Source: Halobacteriaceae archaeon | Lineage (GTDB): Archaea > Halobacteriota > Halobacteria > Halobacteriales > Halobacteriaceae | Reading direction: 5' to 3' | Assembly: GCA_042216675.1 (NCBI GenBank) | Contig: JBDGTS010000008.1 | Span: forward strand, 1-64,000 | Length of the DNA: 64,000 nt | Part shown: one piece after another, positions 31,307 through 41,415 of the stretch | How positions within the stretch are numbered: the stretch's first letter is position 1 | How the letters are laid out: every line of letters begins with the position of its first letter | Made by a program: the position numbers and the translations under genes | The notes under the pieces: generated by a model | Told to the model about the DNA's origin: nothing | Seen by the model: the letters and a program-made list of their open reading frames with translations, nothing else | Database searches by the model: none

Positions 31307-31728
31307 CGCTCTCTGCCCTCCCGGAACGCCGCGCGCCAGTTCGAGGGTCGGAGCCGTGGGTTCACGCCGCCGACGCCGACGGCCACGAGGACGAGCGTCG
31401 CCCACCCGCCGACGACGGCCCACACCGGCACGACGGCGGTGAGCGCTCCCGCACCGCCGTCACCCCCGCTCAGCGCGGCCATCGCCTGCACGAACAGCGC
31501 CCAGAACAGTCCCCAGAACGCGACGGCCGCGGCGAGGGAGTCCGTGAACGCACCGTCACCCCGCCGGTACTCGACAGTGCCGAGGGCCACGCCCGCCGTC
31601 ATCGACCCGACGGCGACGACGGCCCACTCCGTGCCGGGGTCGAGGCCCGTGTCCCGCATCGCCGCCACCAGCGTCGTCACCATCGCGGCGACGCCGAGCG
31701 CACCGACTGCGCGGGTCCGGGCTGTCAT
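31303..31728 (-). CDS. Membrane protein
   Basis: 4 hydrophobic segments. Confidence 0.55.
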   Translation of the reverse strand: MTARTRAVGALGVAAMVTTLVAAMRDTGLDPGTEWAVVAVGSMTAGVALGTVEYRRGDGAFTDSLAAAVAFWGLFWALFVQAMAALSGGDGGAGALTAVVPVWAVVGGWATLVLVAVGVGGVNPRLRPSNWRAAFREGRER

Positions 31729-31771
31729 GTTCGGTGCCTGCCATCCCGGCGGCATAAAAATGGCGCCGGAG

Positions 31772-33121
31772 TCACCCGCGGGCCGCCCGGAGCGGGTCGG
31801 CCATGCGTGCGAGGAGTTCCTCGGCGCGCGCCTCGCTCCCCGCCTCCGCGTAGACGCGGACGAGCGGTTCCGTGCCGCTGGGGCGCGCCAGCACCCACCC
31901 GTCCCCGAAGTCGAGGCGGTAGCCGTCGATGGTCGTCACCTGCGCGTCGCTCTCCGCCGCCATCCGCTCAGCGGCGTCGAGCATCGCCTCTCGCTCGGCG
32001 TCGGTGGCGTATGCGACGTTCTCGCGGACGCTGTGGTAGTCCGCGTGGGCCGCCGCCACGTCGCTGGCCGGTCGTTCGGCCACCAGTTCGAGGAAGCGCC
32101 CGGCGATGTACGCGCCGTCCCGGGCGAGGCGGTACGGCGGGAACGCGACGCCGCCGTTGCCCTCGCCGGCGACGGGCACTCGTTCGCCCGCGCGTTCGAG
32201 TTCGCGGACCCGCGCGAAGATGTAGGCGCTCCCGATGGGGGTGAGGTCCACCTGCCCGCCGGCGCTCTCGACGGCGTCGACCACTCGCTGGGAGACGTTC
32301 ACCGCAGAGACGAGGGTGTCGCCGCTCCCCACCGCCGCGGCCGCGAACGCGGCGAACGAGGATTCCGGGGGGATTGTCGCGCCCGTCTCGTCCACGAACA
32401 CCGCGCGGTCCGCGTCGCCGTCGTGAGCGACCCCCACGTCCGCGTCGGCGGCGCGCACCAGTCGCCGCAAGTCCCCGAGATGCTCCGCCACGGGTTCGGG
32501 GTCCCGCCCCGGGAACCGCCCGTCCGGTTGCGCGTTCGTCGTCACCACCGAACAGCCGAGGCGACGCAGAATAGTCGGCGTCGTCGCGGCTCCGGCGCCG
32601 TGGCCGGGGTCCACCGCCACTCTGAGGTTCGCGTTCGCGATGGTCGTCCGGTCCAGCGCGTCACACACCGTCTCGGCGTAGCGCTGGCCGGCGTCCTCGA
32701 CGTGGCGGGTGTCGCCGACGGCGTCCCAGTCCGCCCGCCGCGCAGACCCGAACTCGTCCGCCACGGCGTCGTAGGCGTCGGGCGACAGTTCGTGCCCGGT
32801 GTCGTCGTACAGTTTGATGCCGTTGTCGGCCGGCGGATTGTGCGAGGCGGTGACGACGACCCCGGGCACCCCCGCACGCTCGGCGTGGACCTGTAGCGAC
32901 GGGGTCGGCTGGACGCCGAGGCGGTCCACGTCGGCGCCAGCACTGGCGGCGCCCGCGGCGACGGCGTTCGTCAGCAGCTCGCCGGTGGTCCGCGTGTCTC
33001 GCGCCACGGCGATGCGCTCGGCGTCCCACGTCGTCACCGCGGCGCGCGCCACCCGCGTCGCGAACGCGGGCGTCACCTCCGTCACCGGACCCCGCGTCCC
33101 GCTCGACCCGAACACGTCCAT
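31772..33121 (-). CDS. Phosphohexomutase (GlmM/PMM/phosphopentomutase family)
   Basis: FGSSGTRG, TASHNP, DGDADR, GEGNGG, RPSGTEP. Confidence 0.92.
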   Translation of the reverse strand: MDVFGSSGTRGPVTEVTPAFATRVARAAVTTWDAERIAVARDTRTTGELLTNAVAAGAASAGADVDRLGVQPTPSLQVHAERAGVPGVVVTASHNPPADNGIKLYDDTGHELSPDAYDAVADEFGSARRADWDAVGDTRHVEDAGQRYAETVCDALDRTTIANANLRVAVDPGHGAGAATTPTILRRLGCSVVTTNAQPDGRFPGRDPEPVAEHLGDLRRLVRAADADVGVAHDGDADRAVFVDETGATIPPESSFAAFAAAAVGSGDTLVSAVNVSQRVVDAVESAGGQVDLTPIGSAYIFARVRELERAGERVPVAGEGNGGVAFPPYRLARDGAYIAGRFLELVAERPASDVAAAHADYHSVRENVAYATDAEREAMLDAAERMAAESDAQVTTIDGYRLDFGDGWVLARPSGTEPLVRVYAEAGSEARAEELLARMADPLRAARG

Positions 33122-33204
33122 GGTCGGGGCGACGGCGGCGGGGCGGAAAGCCGTTTTGACGCGCGTTCCGCAACGCTTTCGCCGGTCGGCGCGCCCCCTC
33201 CGGC

Positions 33205-33966
33205 ATGGACGAGCGCACCCAGATTGGGGCACAGCGCCAGCGAGTCCCGGTGGCCGTCGCGTCCGGCGTCGGCGTCGTCGTCGTACGCGTGGGGGGTGAC
33301 CGCGTCGGAGAGTTCACCCTCGACCACCGCTGTGAGGCCCGCGACGTGGCCGTCGCGGACGGGCGCCTCGCCGTCGCCACGCCGGAGGACGTTCTGCTCG
33401 GCGGCGACGCCACGCCCTCTGACTTCGGCCCGGCGGCCGTCGTCGGTGCCGACGGAGCGACCGTGGTCGCCGTCGACCCTGACGGGCGGGTGGCCCGCCA
33501 CGACGGCGCGTGGGAGACCTGCGTCCGCGTGTCGAGCGCTGTTCACGCCGCCGACGGGGGGTGGCTCGCCACGGCCGACGGCGTGCGCCGCATCGAAGAC
33601 GGCGCCGACCTCGGCCTCGGGGCCGTGCAGGACGTGGCCGCGCCGGGGTGGGCCGCGACGGACGACGGCCTCTATCGCCGCACCGAGAGCGGATGGGAGC
33701 GCGAGCGCCGGGGCGCGTTCGTCGCCGTCACCGTCGCGGACGGGGACGTGTTCGCTGCCACTACCGACGCGGTGGTGACGCGCATCGACGGCGCGTGGGC
33801 CGAGCGCGAGTCGCCGGTCGGAGAGCCAGTCGTCGACGTTTGCGCCGGCGAGGGCGTCTACGCTGTCACCGAACGCGGGACGTTCCTCGTCGACGCCGGC
33901 GACGGCTGGCGGTCGCGCGCGCTCGGCGTGCCGGACGTGGCGCGGATGGCGCCGCTCGGGCCGTAA
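33205..33966 (+). CDS. Beta-propeller-like hypothetical protein
   Basis: Repeated .AT.DG..R..GW blades. Confidence 0.7.
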   Translation: MDERTQIGAQRQRVPVAVASGVGVVVVRVGGDRVGEFTLDHRCEARDVAVADGRLAVATPEDVLLGGDATPSDFGPAAVVGADGATVVAVDPDGRVARHDGAWETCVRVSSAVHAADGGWLATADGVRRIEDGADLGLGAVQDVAAPGWAATDDGLYRRTESGWERERRGAFVAVTVADGDVFAATTDAVVTRIDGAWAERESPVGEPVVDVCAGEGVYAVTERGTFLVDAGDGWRSRALGVPDVARMAPLGP

Positions 33967-34003
33967 CGCAAACGGATTTAATCAGGCCCCCGAATGCGGG
34001 CAT

Positions 34004-34852
34004 ATGATACTTCCCGGCTCCGCCTCCCAGTCGCTGGCCGCGGCGCTCGCGGCCGACTGCGACGAGGCGCTCGGCCGCGTCACCTACGAGAGTTTCCCCG
34101 ACGGCGAGCAGGTGGTTCGGGTGCCGGACCTGCACGGCGAACGCGCCGTCGTCGTCGCGTCGACGGCCAGCGACGCCGCACACGTCCAACTCCTGCAACT
34201 GCAGGACGCCGCGCGCGAGGCCGGCGCGAGCGAGGTGGTGACCGTCATCCCCTACATGGGCTACGCCAGACAGGACGAGGCGTTCCAGTCGGGCGAACCC
34301 GTGTCGGCGCGCGCCGTCGCCCGCGCCGTCGGAACCGGGGCGGACCGCGTCGTCGTCGTGGACCCCCACGAGGAGGGCGTCCTCGACTACTTCGGCGTCC
34401 CGGCCACCGCCGCCTCCGCCGCGTCCGTCCTCGCGGCCCCCCTCGACGGCCTCGACGAGCCGCTGTTCCTCTCGCCCGACGAGGGCGCCGTCGCCCTCGC
34501 GCGCACCGTTCGGGACGCCTACAGTCGGGGGACGGTCGACTACTTCCGAAAAGAGCGCGACTACGACACCGGCGAGGTGGAGGTGACGCCGGGCGACGTG
34601 GACGTGGCCGGGCGCGACGTGGTGGTGACCGACGACATCGTCGCTACAGGGTCCACGATGAGCGAAGCCATCGCGGCGCTTCGGGAACAGAACCCCGGCC
34701 GCATCGTCGTCGCGACGGTCCACGCGCTGTTGGCCGGGAACGCCAGAACGAAACTCGCCGCGGCGGGCGTGGACCGCGTCGTCGCGACGGACACCATCGA
34801 GGGCGCCGTCTCCTGTGTCTCCGCCGCGCCGGCCGTCGCCGACGAACTCTAA
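34004..34852 (+). CDS. prs: Ribose-phosphate diphosphokinase
   Basis: FPDGE, PYMGYARQD, SPDEGA, DDIVATGSTM. Confidence 0.95.
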   Translation: MILPGSASQSLAAALAADCDEALGRVTYESFPDGEQVVRVPDLHGERAVVVASTASDAAHVQLLQLQDAAREAGASEVVTVIPYMGYARQDEAFQSGEPVSARAVARAVGTGADRVVVVDPHEEGVLDYFGVPATAASAASVLAAPLDGLDEPLFLSPDEGAVALARTVRDAYSRGTVDYFRKERDYDTGEVEVTPGDVDVAGRDVVVTDDIVATGSTMSEAIAALREQNPGRIVVATVHALLAGNARTKLAAAGVDRVVATDTIEGAVSCVSAAPAVADEL

Positions 34853-37800
34853 ACCGCGCGCACCGCGAGGTCGACGCGCACGCCTTCGACCTCTGCCTCG
34901 CGCGTCTCGTCGGGGTTCTCGACGTCGCCGAGGCGGTCCGCGCGCACCTCCTCGACGATGAGGTCCTCGCGTTCGCTGACGAGTTCGGCCACTCGCTCGT
35001 CGAAGACGGCCACGTCGAGGTGGATGCGCTCGTCCATCTCGAGGTCGAGGTCCTTGCGCATCTCCTGCACGCGCCGGATGATTTCGCGGGCGTACCCCTC
35101 GCTCTCGATGTCCTCGGTGAGGCTCGCGTCCACGAAGACGGTGCCGTTCTCGAACTCCGCGCCCGCCACGTCCTCGGGCGGTTGGCGGACGAACGAGACC
35201 ATCTCGGCGTCGAGGTCCACCCGCTCGCCCAGCGTCTCGGCCACCGCGTCCTCCAGCGCCGCGATGGTCGGCTCCTCGATGCGGGCCTCGTTGAGGGCGG
35301 TCATGACCTCGCCCGCCCGGTCACCGAACGCCGGGCCGAGAACGCTCATGTCGGCCTCGGCGCTGTACTGGAGCGCCTCGAACTCCTCGTCGGGGTCCAG
35401 AATCTCGACCGCACGGGCGTTGAGGCGGTCCGCGAGCAGGTCCTCGTGGGCCCGAATCGCGCTCGCCACGTCGTCCTCGGCGGCGTCCACGACGACGCGG
35501 CGGACGGGCCACCGGAGCTTTCGACCCGCCTGCTGGCGGGCGTGGGAGCCGGCCTCCTCGGCGGCGCGCACCGTCTCGATGCGGTCCTCCAGCGCCGGCA
35601 CGCGCAGGTCGCGGTCCACCGTCGGCCAGTCGCACATGTGGACGGTGTCGTGTTCCCTGTCGCCGGTGAGGGCGCCGTAAATCTCCTCGGTGACGTAGGG
35701 CGCGAACGGCGCGAGCAGGGCGACGACCTCGCGGAGCACCTCGTAGATGGTGGCGTAGGCCGCCGTCTTGCTCGCGGTGTCCTCCTCGGCCCACATCCGC
35801 TCGCGGACGACCTGCACGTAGTAGCGTGACACGTCCTCGACGACGAACTCGAGGATTGCGTCGAGGGCCTTGTCCTGTTCGTACGCCTCGAAGCGGTCGG
35901 TGGCCTCCCGCACCGTCGTCTGCAGGCGCGAGAGGACCCACTCGTCCACCGTCTCCAGTTCCACGTCCGCGACGTCGACGGCCGTCGGGTCGAAGCCGTC
36001 CATCCGCATGTAGGGGAGCGGGAAGCGGAAGACGTTCCACAGGATGTTGAGTCGGCGGACCATCTCGCCCGTCTCGTCGTAGGAGAACTGCGTGTCCTCG
36101 CCGCGGGCGGCCACCGAGAGCAGGAACAGCCGCATCGGGTCGGCGCCGTACTCCTCGATGACCTCTGCGGGGTCCACGCGGATGTCTTTGGACTTCGACA
36201 TCGCGCGGCCGTCGGGCATCAGCGCGTGGCCGTGCATCAGCACTCGCTCGTAGGGTGTCTCGTCGAGGGCGGCGGTGCCCATCCCGAGTTGCGACCAGAA
36301 CCACCCTCGCGTCTGGTCGTGGGCCTCGATGATGAGGTCCGCGGGCCACAGTTCCTCGAACTTCTCCTCCGTCTCGGGGAAGTCGATAGTCCCCCACGTC
36401 GCGACGGCGGAGTCCAGCCACACGTCGAAGACGTCCGGAACGCGGGTGTAGGTGGTGTCGTCCTCGGTGATGGTCAGGTCGTCGACGGTGCCCTTGTGCA
36501 GGTCCACCGACTCGGGGTCGATGTCTTGGTCGACCCGCGCCGCGAGTTCCTCCCGGTCGCCGATGACGATGGCGTCGTCCATCTCGCCGGACCAGTCGTC
36601 GGGGGTCCAGATTGGGATGGGCGTCCCCCAGTAGCGCTGGCGCGAGACGTTCCAGTCGGGCGCCTCCTCCACGAAGTCGAGAAAGCGGTTGTCGCGGGCC
36701 CACGAGGGGTACCACTCCGCGTCGTCGATGTTGTCCAGCAGGTCCTCCTTGATGTCGGTGATGGTGATGAACCACTGGTCGGTGACGATCTGGACGATGC
36801 CGGTGTCACACCGCCAGCAGTGGCCGTAGGAGTGTGTCGTCCTTCCGGACGCGAGGAGCAGCCCCTTCGCGTCGAGGTCTGCGATGACGTCGCCGTTGGC
36901 GTCGCGGACGAACTCGCCCGCGTACTCGCCGGCGGCGTCGGTGTACGTGCCGTCCTCCGCGACCGGACAGAAGGCGTCGAGGCCGAGTTCCTGCCCGCGC
37001 GCGAAGTCCTCCTCACCGTGACCGGGCGCGGAGTGGACGAGGCCCGTCCCCTCTCCCTCCGTGTCGACGTAGTCCGCGCCGTGGACTTCGAGTGCGCCCT
37101 CGCCGTCGGGGTGGGCCGGCACCTCCTCGGCGAGGGGATGCTCGTACTCGAAGCCGACGAGGTCCGCGCCGTTGAGTTCCGCCTCGACTTCGTAGTCGTC
37201 GTAGCGCCCCTCTCGCAGGACTTCCTCGACTTTCGGCTCGGCGACGTAGAGGAGGTCGCCGTCCGCGCGCACCGCCACGTAGTCGCCCTCGGTGTCGACG
37301 GCGACGAACGTGTTCGCGGGAATCGTCCACGGCGTCGTCGTCCAGATGACGAGCGACCCCTCGCGGTCGGCGAGGGGGAACTTGACGTAGATGGAGGGGT
37401 CCTCGACGTCCTCGTACTCGACTTCGTTGTTGGCGATGGCGGTCTGACAGCGGGGACACTGCGTGATGGAGCGCTTGCCCTGTTCCACGAGGCCGCGCTC
37501 GTGGGTCTGCTTGAAGCCCCACCACGCGGCCTCCATGTACGTCGGGTCCACCGTCTTGTACGGGTTCTCCCAGTCCATCCAGACGCCGAAGGACTCGAAG
37601 TCCGACTGCAGGGAGTCGAGGCTGTCCTCGGCGAAGTCCCGGCACTCCTCGATGAAGGACTCGACGCCGAACTCCTCGATGTCCCGCTTGTTCTCGAACC
37701 CCAGTTCCTCCTCCACGCGCGTCTCGATGGGCAGGCCGTGCATGTCGTAGCCGGGCCGGTCCGTGACGGCGTGGCCCTGCATCCGCTTGTAGCGGATGTA

Positions 37801-38007
37801 CACGTCCTTCAGGCTCTTGTTCCACGCGTGGCCCATGTGCGCGGACCCGGAGGTGTACGGCGGGCCGTCGACGAAGAAGAACGGGTCGCCGTCCGCCCGG
37901 TGCTCTACCGTCTGCTCGTAGGCGTTCACCTCCGCCCAGTGCTCGCGCACCCGCTCCTCCACGGCGTGCGGGTCGTACTGCTCCGCGACGTCGCCGAACT
38001 CGTCCAT
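34849..38007 (-). CDS. ileS: Isoleucine--tRNA ligase
   Basis: DGPPY, HMGH, WTTTPWT, SRQRYWG, AMSKS. Confidence 0.97.
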   Translation of the reverse strand: MDEFGDVAEQYDPHAVEERVREHWAEVNAYEQTVEHRADGDPFFFVDGPPYTSGSAHMGHAWNKSLKDVYIRYKRMQGHAVTDRPGYDMHGLPIETRVEEELGFENKRDIEEFGVESFIEECRDFAEDSLDSLQSDFESFGVWMDWENPYKTVDPTYMEAAWWGFKQTHERGLVEQGKRSITQCPRCQTAIANNEVEYEDVEDPSIYVKFPLADREGSLVIWTTTPWTIPANTFVAVDTEGDYVAVRADGDLLYVAEPKVEEVLREGRYDDYEVEAELNGADLVGFEYEHPLAEEVPAHPDGEGALEVHGADYVDTEGEGTGLVHSAPGHGEEDFARGQELGLDAFCPVAEDGTYTDAAGEYAGEFVRDANGDVIADLDAKGLLLASGRTTHSYGHCWRCDTGIVQIVTDQWFITITDIKEDLLDNIDDAEWYPSWARDNRFLDFVEEAPDWNVSRQRYWGTPIPIWTPDDWSGEMDDAIVIGDREELAARVDQDIDPESVDLHKGTVDDLTITEDDTTYTRVPDVFDVWLDSAVATWGTIDFPETEEKFEELWPADLIIEAHDQTRGWFWSQLGMGTAALDETPYERVLMHGHALMPDGRAMSKSKDIRVDPAEVIEEYGADPMRLFLLSVAARGEDTQFSYDETGEMVRRLNILWNVFRFPLPYMRMDGFDPTAVDVADVELETVDEWVLSRLQTTVREATDRFEAYEQDKALDAILEFVVEDVSRYYVQVVRERMWAEEDTASKTAAYATIYEVLREVVALLAPFAPYVTEEIYGALTGDREHDTVHMCDWPTVDRDLRVPALEDRIETVRAAEEAGSHARQQAGRKLRWPVRRVVVDAAEDDVASAIRAHEDLLADRLNARAVEILDPDEEFEALQYSAEADMSVLGPAFGDRAGEVMTALNEARIEEPTIAALEDAVAETLGERVDLDAEMVSFVRQPPEDVAGAEFENGTVFVDASLTEDIESEGYAREIIRRVQEMRKDLDLEMDERIHLDVAVFDERVAELVSEREDLIVEEVRADRLGDVENPDETREAEVEGVRVDLAVRAV

Positions 38008-38053
38008 ACCGGGAGTGACGGCCCGGGAACCAAAACAGAACCGGTCTGGCCGG

Positions 38054-38284
38054 TCAGGCGCCGCGAGCGAGGACCGTACGGTAGCCGAGCATGTACGCGC
38101 CGACGTAGAGGACGACGCCGCCGAACGCCACCAGCCACAAGGCCGTCACCGTGTGGCCGGCGCTCAGTTCCTGCGCACCGGTGACTTCCGCCAGCAGGCC
38201 GACGCCGGTGATGACGAGGGCGACGGCCCCGAACACGATTGACGCCACGAGTTCGCCCGCGACTTCGGCGAGTACGTCGTACAT
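38054..38284 (-). CDS. Small membrane protein
   Basis: Two hydrophobic helices, MYDVLAEV start. Confidence 0.6.
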   Translation of the reverse strand: MYDVLAEVAGELVASIVFGAVALVITGVGLLAEVTGAQELSAGHTVTALWLVAFGGVVLYVGAYMLGYRTVLARGA

Positions 38285-38379
38285 GACAGGAGATGAGCCG
38301 TCCCGTACCAAGAGCCTTCCGTGGGGGTGTGACCCATCCCCACGCAACATTTATGTGCCACATCCGACAACTCCGGGCG

Positions 38380-38604
38380 ATGACGTACAGTTCAGCGGAC
38401 TACGCACTGCTCGCGAAGCGCGGGTTCCTCGTCGGCGCCACCCTGTTGCTCGTCGGGGCCGGCGGCGAGATTCTCGGCCACGCGCTGTACGGGTCGCTCC
38501 CGGCCTGGGAGTCGACGCTGTTCACCGACATGGAGATTCTCGGCATCCTCATCGGCCTCTTCGCGCCGTTCGTCTTCGGCGTCGCCGCGCCGCTGATGGA
38601 CTGA
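38380..38604 (+). CDS. Small membrane protein
   Basis: DYALLAKRGF..WE.TLF..E..G..PFVFG; TTTATG box ~30 bp upstream. Confidence 0.7.
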   Translation: MTYSSADYALLAKRGFLVGATLLLVGAGGEILGHALYGSLPAWESTLFTDMEILGILIGLFAPFVFGVAAPLMD

Positions 38605-38661
38605 CGGACCGTGGTCTCCGGCCGGGAAACCTTCTTACTGTTGCCGGGCGACGACTCATAC

Positions 38662-39096
38662 ATGTCCGCCGACTGCCCGTTTTGTGCCATCGTCGCCGGC
38701 GAGATTCCGGCGCGCACCGTCCACGAGGACGAGACGGCGATGGGGTTCCTCGACGCGAACCCCCTCGCGCCGGGCCACACGCTCGTCATCCCGAAAGACC
38801 ACCACGAGCGAGTGGGTGACCTGCCCGCGGGCCTCGCCGAGAACGTGCTGACGACGCTCTACGACCTCGCGCCGGCCGTGGAGGCGGCCGTCGAGGCCGA
38901 CGGCACGACCATCGCGTTCAACGACGGCGAGGCCGCGGGACAGGAGGTGCCCCACGTCCACGGCCACGTCGTCCCGCGCTTCGACGACGACGGCGGCCGC
39001 CCGATTCACGCGCTGTTCGACTCGCGCCCGGACCTCGCGGAGGAGGAACTCGACCGCATCGCGGGCGACGTGGTCGAGCGCGTCTCGGACCGCTAA
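38662..39096 (+). CDS. HIT-family protein
   Basis: CPFC..GHTLVIPK..GQEVPHVHGHVVPR. Confidence 0.93.
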   Translation: MSADCPFCAIVAGEIPARTVHEDETAMGFLDANPLAPGHTLVIPKDHHERVGDLPAGLAENVLTTLYDLAPAVEAAVEADGTTIAFNDGEAAGQEVPHVHGHVVPRFDDDGGRPIHALFDSRPDLAEEELDRIAGDVVERVSDR

Positions 39097-39129
39097 CCTT
39101 TTCGAGGGTGGGCGCGCCCAGTCCCGTCG

Positions 39130-39873
39130 ATGGCAGTCAGTTCAGCCGCGGTCCTCGGCGCCGTCGGCGGCGCGGGCGCGACCCGCCTCGCCGTCGAGTT
39201 CGGGGCGCTGTTGGCCCGCGACGACCGTGACGTGGCGATTCTCGACGCCGCCTACGCGACGCAGGGCCTCGCGCGCCACGTCGCCGACCGCATCGACCCC
39301 GACGTGACGGCGCTCGTGACAGCCGACGACCCGACGCTGGCCGACGCGCTCTCCGACCATCCACTCGACGTGCCGGGCCGCCTCGCGCTCTGCCCCGCAC
39401 ACGCCCCCTTCGAGCGCATCGCCCGCGCGAAGGCGCCCGAGGCGGCCCGCGCGTTCGAGGACCTCGTGGCGCAGGCCGCGGCCGACTTCGACCACGTTCT
39501 GCTGGACGTGCCGCCCGTCGCCGCGAACCAGTCCGTCGCCGCCGTCACCACGGCCGAGCGGGTCTGTGTGGCGTACCCGCCGACGGACCGGGGCGTCGAC
39601 GCCCTCCAGCGAACCCGGGGCCGCCTCGCCGACGTGGGCGCGGGTGCCGACCTCGTGGTGGCGAACCGCGCCGACCCGGACACAGTGCCGCCGGACGCCG
39701 ACCACGCGATACCGGCGAGCGACGCGACGACGGCCGCCGCGGCGCCGTCGTGTCTCGACGCCGGCGACCCGATGGGGCCAGCCGTCGCTGACGTCGTCAC
39801 TGCGCTGTTCGAGACGGGCCTCGACGTCGACGTGGCGGGCGGACTGCTCGACTCCGCGCGCCGCCGCCTATAG
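39130..39873 (+). CDS. ParA/MinD-like protein with degenerate Walker A
   Basis: GAVGGAGAT, VAILDA, DHVLLDVPP, VVANR. Confidence 0.82.
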   Translation: MAVSSAAVLGAVGGAGATRLAVEFGALLARDDRDVAILDAAYATQGLARHVADRIDPDVTALVTADDPTLADALSDHPLDVPGRLALCPAHAPFERIARAKAPEAARAFEDLVAQAAADFDHVLLDVPPVAANQSVAAVTTAERVCVAYPPTDRGVDALQRTRGRLADVGAGADLVVANRADPDTVPPDADHAIPASDATTAAAAPSCLDAGDPMGPAVADVVTALFETGLDVDVAGGLLDSARRRL

Positions 39874-40380
39874 AACGTCCTCGGGGTCGCCGACGGCGCC
39901 TGCGAGTCGGTCCCGCTTCGACGCCATCGACTCGGCGGGCGCGAGCGTCTCGTTCACCGCCTCGCGCGCCTCGGGAATCGGGTCGTGGGTCTCGACGAAC
40001 GCCCCAAGCGCGAACTCCGTCTCGCTCGCGCCCGTGAGCGAGAGCGCGTCCGTGCGTGAGAGGTCGGCCGAGAGCCAGTCACGGAGTATCTCGCGCTCCG
40101 TGGGCGAGAGCGGCGTTACGCCCTCGACGCCGAGGAGGTGGAGCGCCTTCGCCGCCGTCACGGGGACGACGCCCGCCTCGTCGGCGCTCTCGCCGACGCT
40201 CGCGCCGCCCGCGTACGTCCGCGCGACCGTCGCGGCCGCCTCGGGCGTGCAGGGTAGCGCTTCGGCCACGTCTCGCAACCGGTCCGCCAGCGAGCGGTCG
40301 GTCCGGTCGACGGACGCGACGCCCCGCGCCTGCTGTTCGGTCGTCGTCTCGATGCCGGCCGCGATGTCCGACAGCCCCAT
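39868..40380 (-). CDS. Conserved hypothetical protein with HTH-like segments
   Basis: SVGESADEAGVVPVTAAKALHLLG; LSRTDALSLTGASETEF. Confidence 0.75.
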   Translation of the reverse strand: MGLSDIAAGIETTTEQQARGVASVDRTDRSLADRLRDVAEALPCTPEAAATVARTYAGGASVGESADEAGVVPVTAAKALHLLGVEGVTPLSPTEREILRDWLSADLSRTDALSLTGASETEFALGAFVETHDPIPEAREAVNETLAPAESMASKRDRLAGAVGDPEDVL

Positions 40381-40448
40381 TACCGACTTCTGACACCTCT
40401 ATCCACTTCAAACCCTCGCACGACTGATACGCGGGCCGACAGACCGCG

Positions 40449-40483
40449 CCGAACCACCGACCGGTTACCGGTCGGTAGTTCGG
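40449..40483. promoter_or_regulatory. 35-bp palindrome centred between divergent promoters
   Basis: ccgaaccaccgaccggt-t-accggtcggtagttcgg, 16/17 arm match. Confidence 0.75.
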
Positions 40484-40519
40484 TCGTAGTCACGCGGTTT
40501 CACCCGGTTTGCGGCGATG

Positions 40520-40527
40520 TTTAAATA
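40520..40527 (+). promoter_or_regulatory. TATA box of tfb
   Basis: TTTAAATA ending 28 bp before ATG 40555, consistent with a leaderless transcript. Confidence 0.7.
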
Positions 40528-40554
40528 CTCCTTCCGGTCCAACCTTCAGGTGTG

Positions 40555-41415
40555 ATGAGTCAGGCACGTTCGTCCTGTCCGGAATGCAGTGGCACCCTCA
40601 AAACCGCGCGCGACGAGACCGTCTGCGCCGAGTGCGGACTGGTCGTCGAGGAGAACCGCATCGACCACGGTCCCGAGTGGCGGTCGTTCAGCGACGACGA
40701 CACCAACCGCGAGCGAACTGGCGCACCCCTCACTCGCTCGCGTCACGACCGGGGGCTCTCGACGGAAATCGGCCGCGACACGCGGCTGAAGGGGCGCAAG
40801 CGCCGCCGCCTCGCCCGGATGCGTCGCGAACACAACCGCGCACAGATTTCCTCGAAGGCCGAGCGGAACAAGGTGTACGGCTTCACCGAAATCCGGCGGC
40901 TGGTCGGCGCGCTCTCGCTCCCCTGCGACGTGCGCGAACAGGCGTGTGTCCTCTTCGAGTCCGCGCAGACCGAGGACCTGCTCCACGGTCGCTCTATCGA
41001 AGGCTTCGCCGCCGCCGCGGTGTACGCGACGTGCCGGACGCGTGCTATCTCCCGCGGGGTGAACGAGATTCTCGACCCGGCACGCGCCGACGAGGACGAA
41101 CTCTCGGCGGCCTACGACGCGATGAATCGCGAACTCGGCCTCCCGACCGGTCCCATCGACCCCCGCGAGTACGTCCCCCGCTTCGCGACGGCCCTCGACG
41201 TGAGTGACGCGGTGGAGCGTTGTGCCATCGACCTCGCCGAGACGGCCCGCGAGGAGGGCCTCGACGTGGGCCGTAACCCGCGCGGCGTCGCGGCGGCCTG
41301 TCTCTACACCGCCGCCAAGCGCGTCGGCGCCGACCTCACGCAGGCCCGCGCCGCCGACGCGGCGGACGTGTCGCCCGCGACGCTCCGCAACACCTACACC
41401 GACCTGCAGAACTGA
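40555..41415 (+). CDS. tfb: Transcription initiation factor IIB paralogue
   Basis: CPEC..CAECG Zn ribbon, IDHGPEWRSF, GRSIE, GRNPRGVAAACLY, terminal HTH. Confidence 0.95.
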   Translation: MSQARSSCPECSGTLKTARDETVCAECGLVVEENRIDHGPEWRSFSDDDTNRERTGAPLTRSRHDRGLSTEIGRDTRLKGRKRRRLARMRREHNRAQISSKAERNKVYGFTEIRRLVGALSLPCDVREQACVLFESAQTEDLLHGRSIEGFAAAAVYATCRTRAISRGVNEILDPARADEDELSAAYDAMNRELGLPTGPIDPREYVPRFATALDVSDAVERCAIDLAETAREEGLDVGRNPRGVAAACLYTAAKRVGADLTQARAADAADVSPATLRNTYTDLQN

